From NCBI GenBank assembly GCA_039208735.1, contig JBCCQY010000107.1, positions 1-31,591 on the forward strand: a DNA stretch of 31,591 bases, written 5' to 3'. Within the stretch, counting starts at the first letter, position 1; every line of letters begins with the position of its first letter. This stretch comes from Myxococcota bacterium (GTDB taxonomy: Bacteria > Myxococcota_A > UBA796 > GCA-2862545). The notes beneath the pieces are model-generated. The model made no database searches. It was not told the DNA's origin and saw only the letters and a program-made list of their open reading frames with translations. Of this stretch, positions 17,892 to 27,010 are shown one piece after another. Made by a program: the position numbers and the translations under genes.

Positions 17892-18837
17892 GCGGCGGCT
17901 GCCCATCGGGCGAGGGAAAATCCTCATCCGGAGGCATCCACTCGAGATCCACGAGCGGGCGACCCGCCTTTGCCGCACAGCGACGAAGGATCTCGAACCA
18001 CGCTTCGCGGTCCACGCTGGCCACGTTGTTGGTGGCCACCACCACCCCGCCCGGGGCCGTGGCCAACACGGCTGGCTTGAAGAGCGAAGGATAGTCCCGC
18101 ACCGTGTCGACAGTACCCGCCCGCGACGTCGACCATCGCGGCGGATCGAGGATCACCAGGTCAAAGGTGCGAGGCGCATAGCGCGTGTACCGGCCGCGGC
18201 GGCCGACCGACAAGCCAGCCAGCTGCCGGGTCACCACGAAGACGTTCTCCTGCACGAAACGCTGTGGAAGGCCGTTGCGCGTAGCGTTGGCTTCCCCGAT
18301 TTGCAGCGCACGTTTAGCGAAATCGACATTCCACACTTCAGTGGCTTGGCCCGCCGCGGCCGCCAGTCCCACTCCGCAGGTGTAGGCAAACAAGTTCAGC
18401 ACGGACCGCCCCGCGGACTCGGCGCGAACGCGTCGTCGGACCGACCGCAGGTCCAAAAAGAGCAGCGGATCCTGACCGTCGTGTCGAGGGCGCACGTCGT
18501 ACACCAAGCCACCTTCATGGCCGTCGACCGGCGATGCATCGGCATGAGGCCAGTGCCTCTCGAAATCGATGGGCTTTGCACGGTGATTGTGAACGGGCGT
18601 GAGCCCCACCCCAAGGTGGTCCGACACCCGATCCGCCCAGGCATGGACCGCGTCGACCGGCACCGGCGTTCGCCAGGTCTGAACCAGCAAGACCGGCCCG
18701 TAGCGATCGATGGTGAGACCAGGGTGTCCTTCGACGGCGCCGTGAAAGAGACGGTAACAGTCTGTGCCTTCGGCCTGCAGGGCATCGACAAGGGGCTCGC
18801 GGCGCGCCAAGGCTTCATCGAGGTTGCGGGAATCCAT
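17860..18837 (-). CDS. RlmI/RlmK-family SAM-dependent methyltransferase
   Basis: CYRLFHG..EG.PGLTIDRYG, LFLDLR..RR, VLNLFAYTCG, NVDFA, FDLVILDPP. Start placed at ATG 18837. Confidence 0.88.
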   Translation of the reverse strand: MDSRNLDEALARREPLVDALQAEGTDCYRLFHGAVEGHPGLTIDRYGPVLLVQTWRTPVPVDAVHAWADRVSDHLGVGLTPVHNHRAKPIDFERHWPHADASPVDGHEGGLVYDVRPRHDGQDPLLFLDLRSVRRRVRAESAGRSVLNLFAYTCGVGLAAAAGQATEVWNVDFAKRALQIGEANATRNGLPQRFVQENVFVVTRQLAGLSVGRRGRYTRYAPRTFDLVILDPPRWSTSRAGTVDTVRDYPSLFKPAVLATAPGGVVVATNNVASVDREAWFEILRRCAAKAGRPLVDLEWMPPDEDFPSPDGQPPLKVAWCRLGA

Positions 18838-18881
18838 GCTGGTTTGTACGTGGCCCGCGCACCCCGAGCCACGCAAAGGAC

Positions 18882-21377
18882 GTGACCCCCGTGTGGATGC
18901 TGCTTGCCATGGGCTGTGGCGCGCCCGATCTCGACTTCCTCGATGCTCCGCCGCCGGCCCCCATCTCCAAGCGTCAGGCGGCGCTGGCGCTGTCGCGCAC
19001 TGGACCGTTCGAGTTCCAGCTCCCGCCCATGAACCGGCCCAACGATGAAGCTGCGCCCGACGAGTTCCCCTTCGTCGGAGAGTTCAGTCGTTTCAAGAAG
19101 ACCGACGAAGTCACGCTGTACCGCATCGACCTCCCCGTCGCGGTGCACCTGCTGCCCCAGCCGTCCGGAGGCACGCACCTCATCGGCGGGGCCGAACCCG
19201 AGGGATTCGAAGTCATCGGGCCCGACGGTCCAGTGAAGTGGCACTTTCCCCGAGCCCGTGCCGTCAACACGTGGGGGTTCGACCATCTGTACCTCTACTT
19301 GGGCCTGGCCCACGATGCGCCAGCACCGCGAGCCGCCGACTACCGAGTGCGGTTTCCGCGGGCCACCGAGGCCGAGAATGGTCGCAACTTCGCGGTGAGC
19401 GGTCTATCTCCTGACGCCTTCGTGCGTCGCGGCGTCACCGTGAGCCAAACGTCCCGTCACGGCCTGTTCCTGCCGGCCCCCGCCCGGGCCACCTTCCCCC
19501 TCACCGTGCCCGCGAACGGGCGGCTCACCCTCAAGGGCACCATCCTCGCGCCGGCCATTCATCACGCGACCCAAAGCGATGGCGCCACCCTCCACGTACG
19601 ACTTCGTGAGGGGGACACCGTCACGCCGCTGGGCGAGCTGCCACTTTCGGTCGATCAAACGGTTCCTGGTACCTTCGATTTGTCGGCCTTCGCGACCCGC
19701 GACGTCGATCTCATCCTTGAAACCGTGCCCGGGCCGACGCGGTCGTTCGACTACGTCTTCCTCGAGGCTCCGGTGGTCGCCGAAGCCGACCGCAAGCCAA
19801 GGCGAATCCTTGCGCTCTTCATCGACACCCTGCGGCCTGACCACCTGGGATTCATGGGGTACGAGCGCGAGACCTCCCCCGTCCTCGACCGCATGGCCCA
19901 GCACGCAGCCGTGTTCACCCAGGCCCGGTCGGTGGCCCCCTGGACGCTGCCTTCGGCGCGTGCGGCGCTGTCGGGACACCAGCCGGAACGTTGGCAGGAT
20001 GTCACGACGCTGGCTGAACAGCTGGGTACGGCCGGATTCCGCACCGAAGGCTTCGTCACCAACGCCTTCCTCTCGCCGCCTTTCGAGATGCAGCGAGGGT
20101 TTGATCGCTACCGGTATCGGCACCTCCGCTCCGCGAGCAACGTGGTGTCTGAGGTCGAAGATCTTGTCGAGGAGTACGCAGATCGGGACCTGTTCGTACT
20201 CGCTCACTTCATGGAGCCTCACCTTCCGTACGATGAACCCTGGCGCTACCGGTTCCGTTGGGCGGGGCTCCGACCACGGGGGCTGCACTACTATTCAAGG
20301 CCTTCCCTCATTAATGTGCGGCCCGACCATGAGAACTTCGCCAACATTCGTCAACACCTCATCGACCGGTACGATCAGAACATTGTCGCCGTCGATGCAG
20401 CGATCGGTCGAGCGCTCGAGGCCGTAGGCCCCGACGCCACGGTCATCGTTTTCTCGGACCATGGCGAGGAGTTCTGGGACCACGACGGCTTCGAGCACGG
20501 GCACACCTTCTACGACGAAGTGCTGCGCGTGCCCTTCGTGATTCGTGGCCCCAGCATGCCGGTTGGTCGCTTCGACCACCCCGTATCGTTGCTCGACTTG
20601 ACGCCAACGGTCCTCGACCTCGTTGACGTCTCGTTCGACGATACCCAAGGCCGTTCGTTGGTTCCCCTCGCTACGAACCCGGCTGCGGAAGCAAACGCCT
20701 TTGCCGCGCGACCCCATGCCTTTGGGCGACCCTTGTACGACGGAGACGGGTGGGGCAGCCTGGTCAACGGGGAGAAGTGGTGGAACCGCTCGGGCGTCCA
20801 AGCCCGGTTTGAGCTGGAACCCGATCCCGGCGAGACCACCAATGTCGTCAAGAAGAACGACGATCAGCGATTTGTTCCTGTCATGGCCGAGGCGTTGGGA
20901 ACCGAGGTTGAACAGGTCTGGCGCTTTGTCTTCGAGGCAGCGCGGGCCTGGCCGCATGACTTGGTCGTGACCGTCTCGCATCCGCAGGGGATCCGGGAGG
21001 CCGAACTCGCGTATGCGCCTCGGGTCGAAGTGCCCGTTCCTCCACCAAAGATCAAGAACGGCAGAGTTATCTTCAAGCTTCCCGCACGAACGCCTGCGCC
21101 CGAAGCGATGTATGTACGCCCGAATGGACCTGCCACCAGCATCGAGGGCCTCGCACTCTCGATCGTGAGCAAGGATCTGGTCACCAGCGCAAATGTCACC
21201 TTCCCGCTTCGATCAAGGCCTCCCGAAAAGCGGCAGCAATTCCTCCGTCTCGGAAAGCCGGCCTTCCAGATTGCCGTCGATCTCGCATGGATTCCAAAGT
21301 CCCAGGGTCAGGCCGTTGAGGGCTTTTCGTCCGACATGACCTCACAGCTCAAGGAACTCGGCTACGTCGACCCGTAA
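18882..21377 (+). CDS. Sulfatase/alkaline phosphatase superfamily lipoprotein
   Basis: Lipobox LAMGC; FIDTLRPDHL, APWTLPS, HFMEPHLPY, FSDHGEEF..H..FEHGH, C-terminal QLKELGY. Confidence 0.85.
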   Translation: MTPVWMLLAMGCGAPDLDFLDAPPPAPISKRQAALALSRTGPFEFQLPPMNRPNDEAAPDEFPFVGEFSRFKKTDEVTLYRIDLPVAVHLLPQPSGGTHLIGGAEPEGFEVIGPDGPVKWHFPRARAVNTWGFDHLYLYLGLAHDAPAPRAADYRVRFPRATEAENGRNFAVSGLSPDAFVRRGVTVSQTSRHGLFLPAPARATFPLTVPANGRLTLKGTILAPAIHHATQSDGATLHVRLREGDTVTPLGELPLSVDQTVPGTFDLSAFATRDVDLILETVPGPTRSFDYVFLEAPVVAEADRKPRRILALFIDTLRPDHLGFMGYERETSPVLDRMAQHAAVFTQARSVAPWTLPSARAALSGHQPERWQDVTTLAEQLGTAGFRTEGFVTNAFLSPPFEMQRGFDRYRYRHLRSASNVVSEVEDLVEEYADRDLFVLAHFMEPHLPYDEPWRYRFRWAGLRPRGLHYYSRPSLINVRPDHENFANIRQHLIDRYDQNIVAVDAAIGRALEAVGPDATVIVFSDHGEEFWDHDGFEHGHTFYDEVLRVPFVIRGPSMPVGRFDHPVSLLDLTPTVLDLVDVSFDDTQGRSLVPLATNPAAEANAFAARPHAFGRPLYDGDGWGSLVNGEKWWNRSGVQARFELEPDPGETTNVVKKNDDQRFVPVMAEALGTEVEQVWRFVFEAARAWPHDLVVTVSHPQGIREAELAYAPRVEVPVPPPKIKNGRVIFKLPARTPAPEAMYVRPNGPATSIEGLALSIVSKDLVTSANVTFPLRSRPPEKRQQFLRLGKPAFQIAVDLAWIPKSQGQAVEGFSSDMTSQLKELGYVDP

Positions 21378-21454
21378 CAGGGGTGTGACGAGCGTCGGGC
21401 GCGGTTTGGGCTGCCCCCATACGGAGACCACCTCTTACGAATCGGAGGAACCGT

Positions 21455-22267
21455 ATGTGGACCGTCCTGATCGCGGCTGCCATGGCCCAGACGCCAGGTT
21501 TCCAGGAAGCCGTGGTACCCGCGCAGAGCGACGACGTTGAGGTGGAGGTCGAAAAGCCGGAGACTCAGCTCACCGCCGAGCTCGGCTTCACCTACGTGAG
21601 CGGCAATGCCGTCCTGATTACCCTCAATGGTGGAACCGCCTTTAGCCACCGGTGGAAGAAGAACCGGTTCCAGGTGCCCATCACCCTCAATGTGGGTCAA
21701 TCCATCGCAGATGCGGATGGCAACGGGTCGCTCGACGCCGAAGAACGGGAGTTGGGCCTGCAGGAGAATGCCCGTCGGTTCATCGCCGAGCCACGCTACG
21801 ACCGATTCCTAAGTGAACGAGACAGTCTGTTCCTCGTCGTGGGCTTCCTGCACGATCCGTTTTTGGGATACCTCGCTCGTCCGCACGAGATGATCGGCTA
21901 CTCACGCCTGCTCATCGACAAGGAAAAGACATCGCTATCAGCCGAGATTGGGTTCGACTTTGCGCAGGAATTCTACGTCGAGGGAACCGATCCGAATTCC
22001 CAACTGATCTACGCGGCGCGGCTTCAGAGCGCGTTTCAACAGAAGCTGAACGACAACGTCAGCTTTGCAGACACCCTTGAGATCTTCGAGAATGTGGTGG
22101 ACCTCCAAGACTTCCGCCTCCTCAACACCGCCACCTTCTCGTCAAAGCTTTCCGACGCACTTTCGCTCAACCTCTCGCACAAGCTGTTGTTTGACAACGT
22201 GCCTGTCGAGAACTTCCGTAAAACCGACCAGACCACCATGGTCACCTTGGTCGCGACCCTGATCTGA
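21455..22267 (+). CDS. DUF481 family outer-membrane beta-barrel protein
   Basis: Signal peptide, AELGFTYVSGN, RYDRFLSER, amphipathic strands, FDNVPVENFRKTD, C-terminal strand; GGAGG RBS. Confidence 0.78.
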   Translation: MWTVLIAAAMAQTPGFQEAVVPAQSDDVEVEVEKPETQLTAELGFTYVSGNAVLITLNGGTAFSHRWKKNRFQVPITLNVGQSIADADGNGSLDAEERELGLQENARRFIAEPRYDRFLSERDSLFLVVGFLHDPFLGYLARPHEMIGYSRLLIDKEKTSLSAEIGFDFAQEFYVEGTDPNSQLIYAARLQSAFQQKLNDNVSFADTLEIFENVVDLQDFRLLNTATFSSKLSDALSLNLSHKLLFDNVPVENFRKTDQTTMVTLVATLI

Positions 22268-22277
22268 GGAGTTCCTC

Positions 22278-23144
22278 ATGGATTTCGTCACACCCGAGTC
22301 TCTGATCGAGAGCGGCATTCCCGCCGAGTATGCACCGTTGGTGGCCACAGGAATCGAGTGGGGGATCAACATCCTCTTCGCTTTGGTCATCGTTGCCATT
22401 GGGTGGTGGTTGTCGCGTCGCGTCGAAAAGTGGACGTTGCAGGCGCTCGAAACGCGCAGTGTCGACAAGGCGCTGACCCGCTTCATCGCGGCGTTGGCGC
22501 AATGGACCGTGCTCGTGCTCACGGGCATTCAGGCCGTGGCTCAGCTCGGCATGCCCGCGACCAGCTTCGTCGCCGTGCTTGGTTCGGCCGGTATCGCCAT
22601 TGGTCTTGCATTGCAGGGCACCCTTTCGCACTTCGCCAGTGGCGTGATGCTGTTGTTGTTCCGTCCGTTCACGATTGGCGACATGGTCACGGTCGGCGGA
22701 TCCACAGGTGTCGTCGACGAGATCGGGCTGTTCGCCACGAAGCTCATCACGCCCGACAATCAGGTGATCATCGTCCCCAACAGCGCCATCACAGGTGATG
22801 TCATCGTCAACATGACCACCCGGGGCACCCGTCGCGCCGACGTGGTCGTGGGCGTGGGCTACGGCACCAACCTCGCAGAAGCCGAGCGGGTGCTTCTCGC
22901 GGCGTGCAAGTCCGTCAACACCGTTATCGACGAGCCTGCTCCGGCCGTGGCACTGGCGGAGCTGGGGGGCAGTTCCGTGGACTTCAAGTTGATGGCGTGG
23001 TGTGCGAGCAGCGACTATCTCGGTACCCTCGCTGGACTCCGCACCGCTGCCTACGACGCGCTGAACCGCGAGGGGATCGAGATCCCGTTCCCACAGATCA
23101 CGGTGCACCAAGCGGCTTCGGCGGCTGAGGCCGCCGCGAAGTAG
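22278..23144 (+). CDS. mscS: Small-conductance mechanosensitive channel
   Basis: GSAGIAIGLALQGTLSHFASGVMLLLFRPFTIGD, G.V.EIGLFAT...D...IIVPNS, GIEIPFPQ. Confidence 0.93.
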   Translation: MDFVTPESLIESGIPAEYAPLVATGIEWGINILFALVIVAIGWWLSRRVEKWTLQALETRSVDKALTRFIAALAQWTVLVLTGIQAVAQLGMPATSFVAVLGSAGIAIGLALQGTLSHFASGVMLLLFRPFTIGDMVTVGGSTGVVDEIGLFATKLITPDNQVIIVPNSAITGDVIVNMTTRGTRRADVVVGVGYGTNLAEAERVLLAACKSVNTVIDEPAPAVALAELGGSSVDFKLMAWCASSDYLGTLAGLRTAAYDALNREGIEIPFPQITVHQAASAAEAAAK

Positions 23145-23190
23145 AGCGCATCGCGCGCCGTTCGGCTATCGAACGGCTGGAGGTGCGCGG

Positions 23191-23937
23191 ATGCGGTATC
23201 AGCGGGTGTTGGTCAAGCTCTCGGGCGCGGCGATGCGGGGTGGTGACAAGACGACCACCTTCCAGCGCCACGCCATCGACCACATCGTCGACGAGCTGCT
23301 CAAGCTCCGGCGAGCGGGCATCGATGTGGTCACGGTCGTCGGCGGGGGCAACATCTTCCGCGGTAACCTCCACGAGGAGTGGGGGATTGAGAAGGCCGAA
23401 GCCGACAACATGGGAATGCTCGGCACGGTCATCAACGGAGTGCTCCTCCGGGCAGCGATTGGCGGATCCGACGCGGGCGTAGATGTGCGGCTCATGTCAG
23501 CCGTTCCGATTCCTTCCGTCGCCGAGCCCTACATTCGGCTGCGGGCGATTCGGCATCTCGAGAAGGGTCGCATCGTGATTTTGGCCGGTGGCATCGGTCA
23601 GCCCTATGTCACCACCGACTATCCCGCCGTGCAGCGAGCGATCGAAACCCGTTGCGACGCGGTCCTCGCGGCGAAGCACGGCATCGATGGCGTGTTCGAC
23701 GCCGATCCGAAACTTCACTCTGACGCACGGCGCTACCACACCCTCGCGAGCGACGACGCCATCCGACAGAACCTCAAGGCCATGGACCAGTCCGCACTGC
23801 TGCTTGCCCGCGACCATGACTTGTCCGTGCACGTCTTCAACTTCGACCTAGCCGATGCACCCATCCGCATTTGTCGCGGCGAAGACCTTGGGACCTTGGT
23901 GCGCCGCGACGTCAACTCCGTCAACTACGACGGGTAG
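23191..23937 (+). CDS. pyrH: UMP kinase (orphan clade resembling Bacillus anthracis BA1797)
   Basis: RVLVKLSG, GGGNIFRG, ADNMGMLGTVIN, AEPYIRLRA, GQPYVTTDYPAVQRAIE, MDQSALLLARD. Confidence 0.9.
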   Translation: MRYQRVLVKLSGAAMRGGDKTTTFQRHAIDHIVDELLKLRRAGIDVVTVVGGGNIFRGNLHEEWGIEKAEADNMGMLGTVINGVLLRAAIGGSDAGVDVRLMSAVPIPSVAEPYIRLRAIRHLEKGRIVILAGGIGQPYVTTDYPAVQRAIETRCDAVLAAKHGIDGVFDADPKLHSDARRYHTLASDDAIRQNLKAMDQSALLLARDHDLSVHVFNFDLADAPIRICRGEDLGTLVRRDVNSVNYDG

Positions 23938-23940
23938 GCC

Positions 23941-24876
23941 TCACGGCGTCGCGGGTTCGTCTTCGTTGACCAGGTCCTGCATCCATTGCGGGAAGTTGTC
24001 CGGCACATCGATATCTCCGCGCCCGTTGACCTTGATGGACAGCTCCTCGAAGATCAGGCCCCAGCTGGCGAGCGAGTCCGCGACTCCGTTGCCGTCGTTG
24101 TCGGCCCGATCCGCGTTCACCCAACCCAAAAACGTGTCCGGCTGCAAATCCGCCACTTCGACCACCGCATCATAGTCGAGCGACAGGCTCCGGAAATTGT
24201 TCAGCGCCGACACCAGTGAGGGGGCATCCAACGTGATTTCCTGCGTCTCGCCAGGCTGCAGAACGAAAGTATAATCCTGGTCTTTGGGGGCATCGGCGGC
24301 CATCACCAACGCGGTGCGGTCGACCACGCTCTGCGAGTCTCCCATGAACAGCGAGAACCGAATCGGCACGCCCCATACTGCATCGGTGCGGTTGCGAACG
24401 CAGACCGTGAGTTCCACTCCCGTGAATTCCACCACGCTTGCGATGGTGCGGCCTAGCTGCTCGCCCACGCCCACCCCCAGGGGGCTTGAGTTGTAGATGC
24501 TGAGCGAGCGTGCGAGCTGATCGTCGACCCAGCCTTGGACCACGTCGAGTTCTGAGATCGCGCTGTCGATCGAGTTGCGAGCGCCGGGCACGGTGTTCAG
24601 CAGGTCCGTGAGGCAGACTTCCGTGAGGCCCACATCGATGCAGATGCCGCCTCCCGCTTGGTTGATCGCGTTGCGGAAGGTCACGTCGGAGAGCTGCGTC
24701 GCTACGAGGTCTGAGACCGACTCCGACGAAAACGCCTTGGGGTAGACCGGGAAGCCTGTTGGGAGCAGCTGAATGGCCTGGGAATTGAATTCCGCTTCAG
24801 GGAGCTGTGACACGAGTTCATCACAGCTGGTGAGCAGGGCGCCACAAACGATCAGACCGACCACAGAACGGTTCAT
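23941..24876 (-). CDS. Hypothetical lipoprotein
   Basis: MNRSVVGLIVCGALLTSC lipobox, GGAGG RBS before ATG 24876; acidic, beta-rich; one DNDGNG motif. Confidence 0.75.
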   Translation of the reverse strand: MNRSVVGLIVCGALLTSCDELVSQLPEAEFNSQAIQLLPTGFPVYPKAFSSESVSDLVATQLSDVTFRNAINQAGGGICIDVGLTEVCLTDLLNTVPGARNSIDSAISELDVVQGWVDDQLARSLSIYNSSPLGVGVGEQLGRTIASVVEFTGVELTVCVRNRTDAVWGVPIRFSLFMGDSQSVVDRTALVMAADAPKDQDYTFVLQPGETQEITLDAPSLVSALNNFRSLSLDYDAVVEVADLQPDTFLGWVNADRADNDGNGVADSLASWGLIFEELSIKVNGRGDIDVPDNFPQWMQDLVNEDEPATP

Positions 24877-24913
24877 CTTCGCCTCCAGAGGCAAAGCATA
24901 GCGGGGCGGCTCG

Positions 24914-25699
24914 TCAGGCGGTTGGATTCTCGTCGAGCCAGGCGGTGACGATGTGGGTACGTGTGATCCAGCCGGTCGGGCGAAGCCCCTCATCCACTAC
25001 GGGCAAACACCCGATTCGATGGGTCGTCAGCAGGTTCGCTGCCCCTCGGAAACTCACCCCCTCGGGCGCCGAATGGGCAGGTCGCGTCGCCAGAGACCCC
25101 GCGGTCGCTCCACCTGCGATGTGGGCTTCGACGGCGACGTCACGGAATGAGAGCACCCCGTAGAGGCGGTCACCGTCGAGCACGATGGCGTGGCGAGCGC
25201 GGCGGCGAGCCATCAGGGAGCGTGCATCGTCGGCGAGGCTGTCCTTGTCGACGAGGACCGTTGGGCGAGCGACGGGGGGGCCTTCTTCGGAAAGGTCCGC
25301 CGCACAGCGCGCCACCGCCTCGGCTTCCGAGAGCAAGCCGATCGGGCGCCGCGTGTCGTCAACCACCACGATCGCGTCCTGCATGGACCCGATCAGGGCC
25401 TGAAGGGAGTTCGCCAGGGCCGCTTCGGGCCCTACTTCGACTTCTGCGACCCGCGTGAGTTGTTGGGCGGTCAGCGCCGACTCTTCCGGATCGAGCGGCA
25501 CGAAGGTGTCGTCGCGGAGTTCGCCCCGTCGCCAGACCTCGGAGTAGCTGAGAAGTCCGCAAAGCCGGCCTCCATCGTCTACCACCACCAGGTGTCGGAC
25601 GTCGTCGGAGGCGAGTCGCTGCGCGCAACCCGTGATGGGTGTGTCGCGGCGGACGATCGAGGGTTTAGCGGACATCCAGTCGGAGACGGTGCGGCCCAT
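24914..25699 (-). CDS. CBS domain protein (two CBS pairs)
   Basis: TVSDWMS..P, VRHLVVVDD.GRLCGLLS, IVVVD..RPIGLLS, RHAIVLDG..LYGVLSFRD, IGCLPVVD. Start at ATG 25699. Confidence 0.87.
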   Translation of the reverse strand: MGRTVSDWMSAKPSIVRRDTPITGCAQRLASDDVRHLVVVDDGGRLCGLLSYSEVWRRGELRDDTFVPLDPEESALTAQQLTRVAEVEVGPEAALANSLQALIGSMQDAIVVVDDTRRPIGLLSEAEAVARCAADLSEEGPPVARPTVLVDKDSLADDARSLMARRRARHAIVLDGDRLYGVLSFRDVAVEAHIAGGATAGSLATRPAHSAPEGVSFRGAANLLTTHRIGCLPVVDEGLRPTGWITRTHIVTAWLDENPTA

Positions 25700-25812
25700 G
25701 ATCGGCGTGTAGTCTCGCGCTCGACCCGAGGCGAGGCCACGATCCCGGTTTGGCAATGTGCCGGTCAGGGGGTCGTCGGGCTATGGCTCGACCATCATCG
25801 AGGGAGGCCCCC

Positions 25813-26907
25813 ATGGCCCTTCAGGCCGGCATCGTTGGCTTGCCGAATGTCGGAAAGTCAACGCTCTTCAACGCGCTCACGGCCGCGGGAGCGGAGTCGG
25901 CGAACTATCCGTTCTGCACCATCGAGCCCAACGTTGGCGTCGTGGCGGTTCCCGATCCGCGACTCAACCAGATCACAAGCAAGATCGAGACTCAGAAGGT
26001 GATTCCTGCCGCGGTCGAGATCGTGGACATCGCTGGCCTGGTGCGAGGCGCGAGTAAGGGCGAAGGGCTCGGCAACCAGTTCCTGGGTAACATTCGCGCG
26101 GTCGATGCGATTCTGCACGTGGTGCGATGCTTCGACGACGCCGATATTACGCACGTCGACGGCGGCGTCGATCCGATTCGCGACATCGAGACCATCAACC
26201 TGGAACTGATCTTCAGCGACCTCGAAGCCGCCGAGCGCCGTTTCGACAAGTGGAAGAAGGCGGCGAAGTCAGGCAACGCCGAGGCGGTGAAGGAGCGCGA
26301 CCTCGCCGAGAAGCTGGTGGGACTGCTTGAAGCAAACCAGCCCATCCGGGGCGGCGAGTTTACCGAAGACCAGCAGACCCTGTTGAAACAAGCCCAGATG
26401 CTCACCGACAAGCCCGTTTTGTATGTGTGCAATGTCGATGAGGACGGGCTTGCGGAGGACAACGACTACGTAAAGGCGGTTCGCGAACATGCGGCGACGG
26501 AAGGCAGCGGTGTCGTCGTGCTGTGCGCGAAGGTCGAGTCCGAGCTCTCGGAGCTGGATGACGAAGATCGGGAAGTCTTTCTCACAGATCTCGGGCTTGC
26601 GGAGCCCGGGCTTTCCGTACTTGCGCGCGGGACCTATGAGCTGCTCGGGCTGCAAACGTATTTTACGGCGGGCGAGAAAGAGGTTCGGGCCTGGACGATT
26701 GGACAGGGGTGGAAGGCGCCGCAGGCGGCTGGGGTGATTCACAGCGATTTCGAGCGTGGGTTCATTCGGGCCGAGGTGTACACCATTGCCGACTTGTTGG
26801 AACATGGGTCAGAGGCATCCATGAAGGCGGCGGGACGAATTCGGTCGGAAGGGAAAGAGTATATTGTCAAGGATGGCGACGTGATGCATTTTCGCTTCAA
26901 TGTATAG
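25813..26907 (+). CDS. ychF: Redox-regulated ATPase YchF (Obg family)
   Basis: [51 protein letters not shown] domain ending [21 protein letters not shown]. Confidence 0.98.
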   Translation: MALQAGIVGLPNVGKSTLFNALTAAGAESANYPFCTIEPNVGVVAVPDPRLNQITSKIETQKVIPAAVEIVDIAGLVRGASKGEGLGNQFLGNIRAVDAILHVVRCFDDADITHVDGGVDPIRDIETINLELIFSDLEAAERRFDKWKKAAKSGNAEAVKERDLAEKLVGLLEANQPIRGGEFTEDQQTLLKQAQMLTDKPVLYVCNVDEDGLAEDNDYVKAVREHAATEGSGVVVLCAKVESELSELDDEDREVFLTDLGLAEPGLSVLARGTYELLGLQTYFTAGEKEVRAWTIGQGWKAPQAAGVIHSDFERGFIRAEVYTIADLLEHGSEASMKAAGRIRSEGKEYIVKDGDVMHFRFNV

Positions 26908-26936
26908 GCGCGCCGCTCAGCCCCATCTGGACAGGA

Positions 26937-26988
26937 TCGTTACCGCCACCGAAGGCGGATTGGTAACGAATCGGTAACACGCTATGCT
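26937..26988 (+). promoter_or_regulatory. Predicted sigma70-type integrase promoter overlapped by GGTAAC repeats
   Basis: TTGGTA (26960-26965)-N17-TATGCT (26983-26988). GGTAAC occurs at 26962 and 26973 (11 bp apart) and inverted as GTTACC at 26939; GGAGG RBS at 26997. Confidence 0.55.
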
Positions 26989-27010
26989 TTGCTGACGGAG
27001 GCAAAGCGGC

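Noticed and set aside
26880..26907. Duplicated ychF 3' end (second att site) within the window
   Set aside because: No convincing second copy of CATTTTCGCTTCAATGT was found by eye; TCAATGT near 28614 is too short. It may lie beyond the window.
26640..26907. Replaced ychF 3' segment suggested by more T/A-ending codons
   Set aside because: The shift is mild (ATT codons also occur upstream) and the sample is too small to support it without a comparison.
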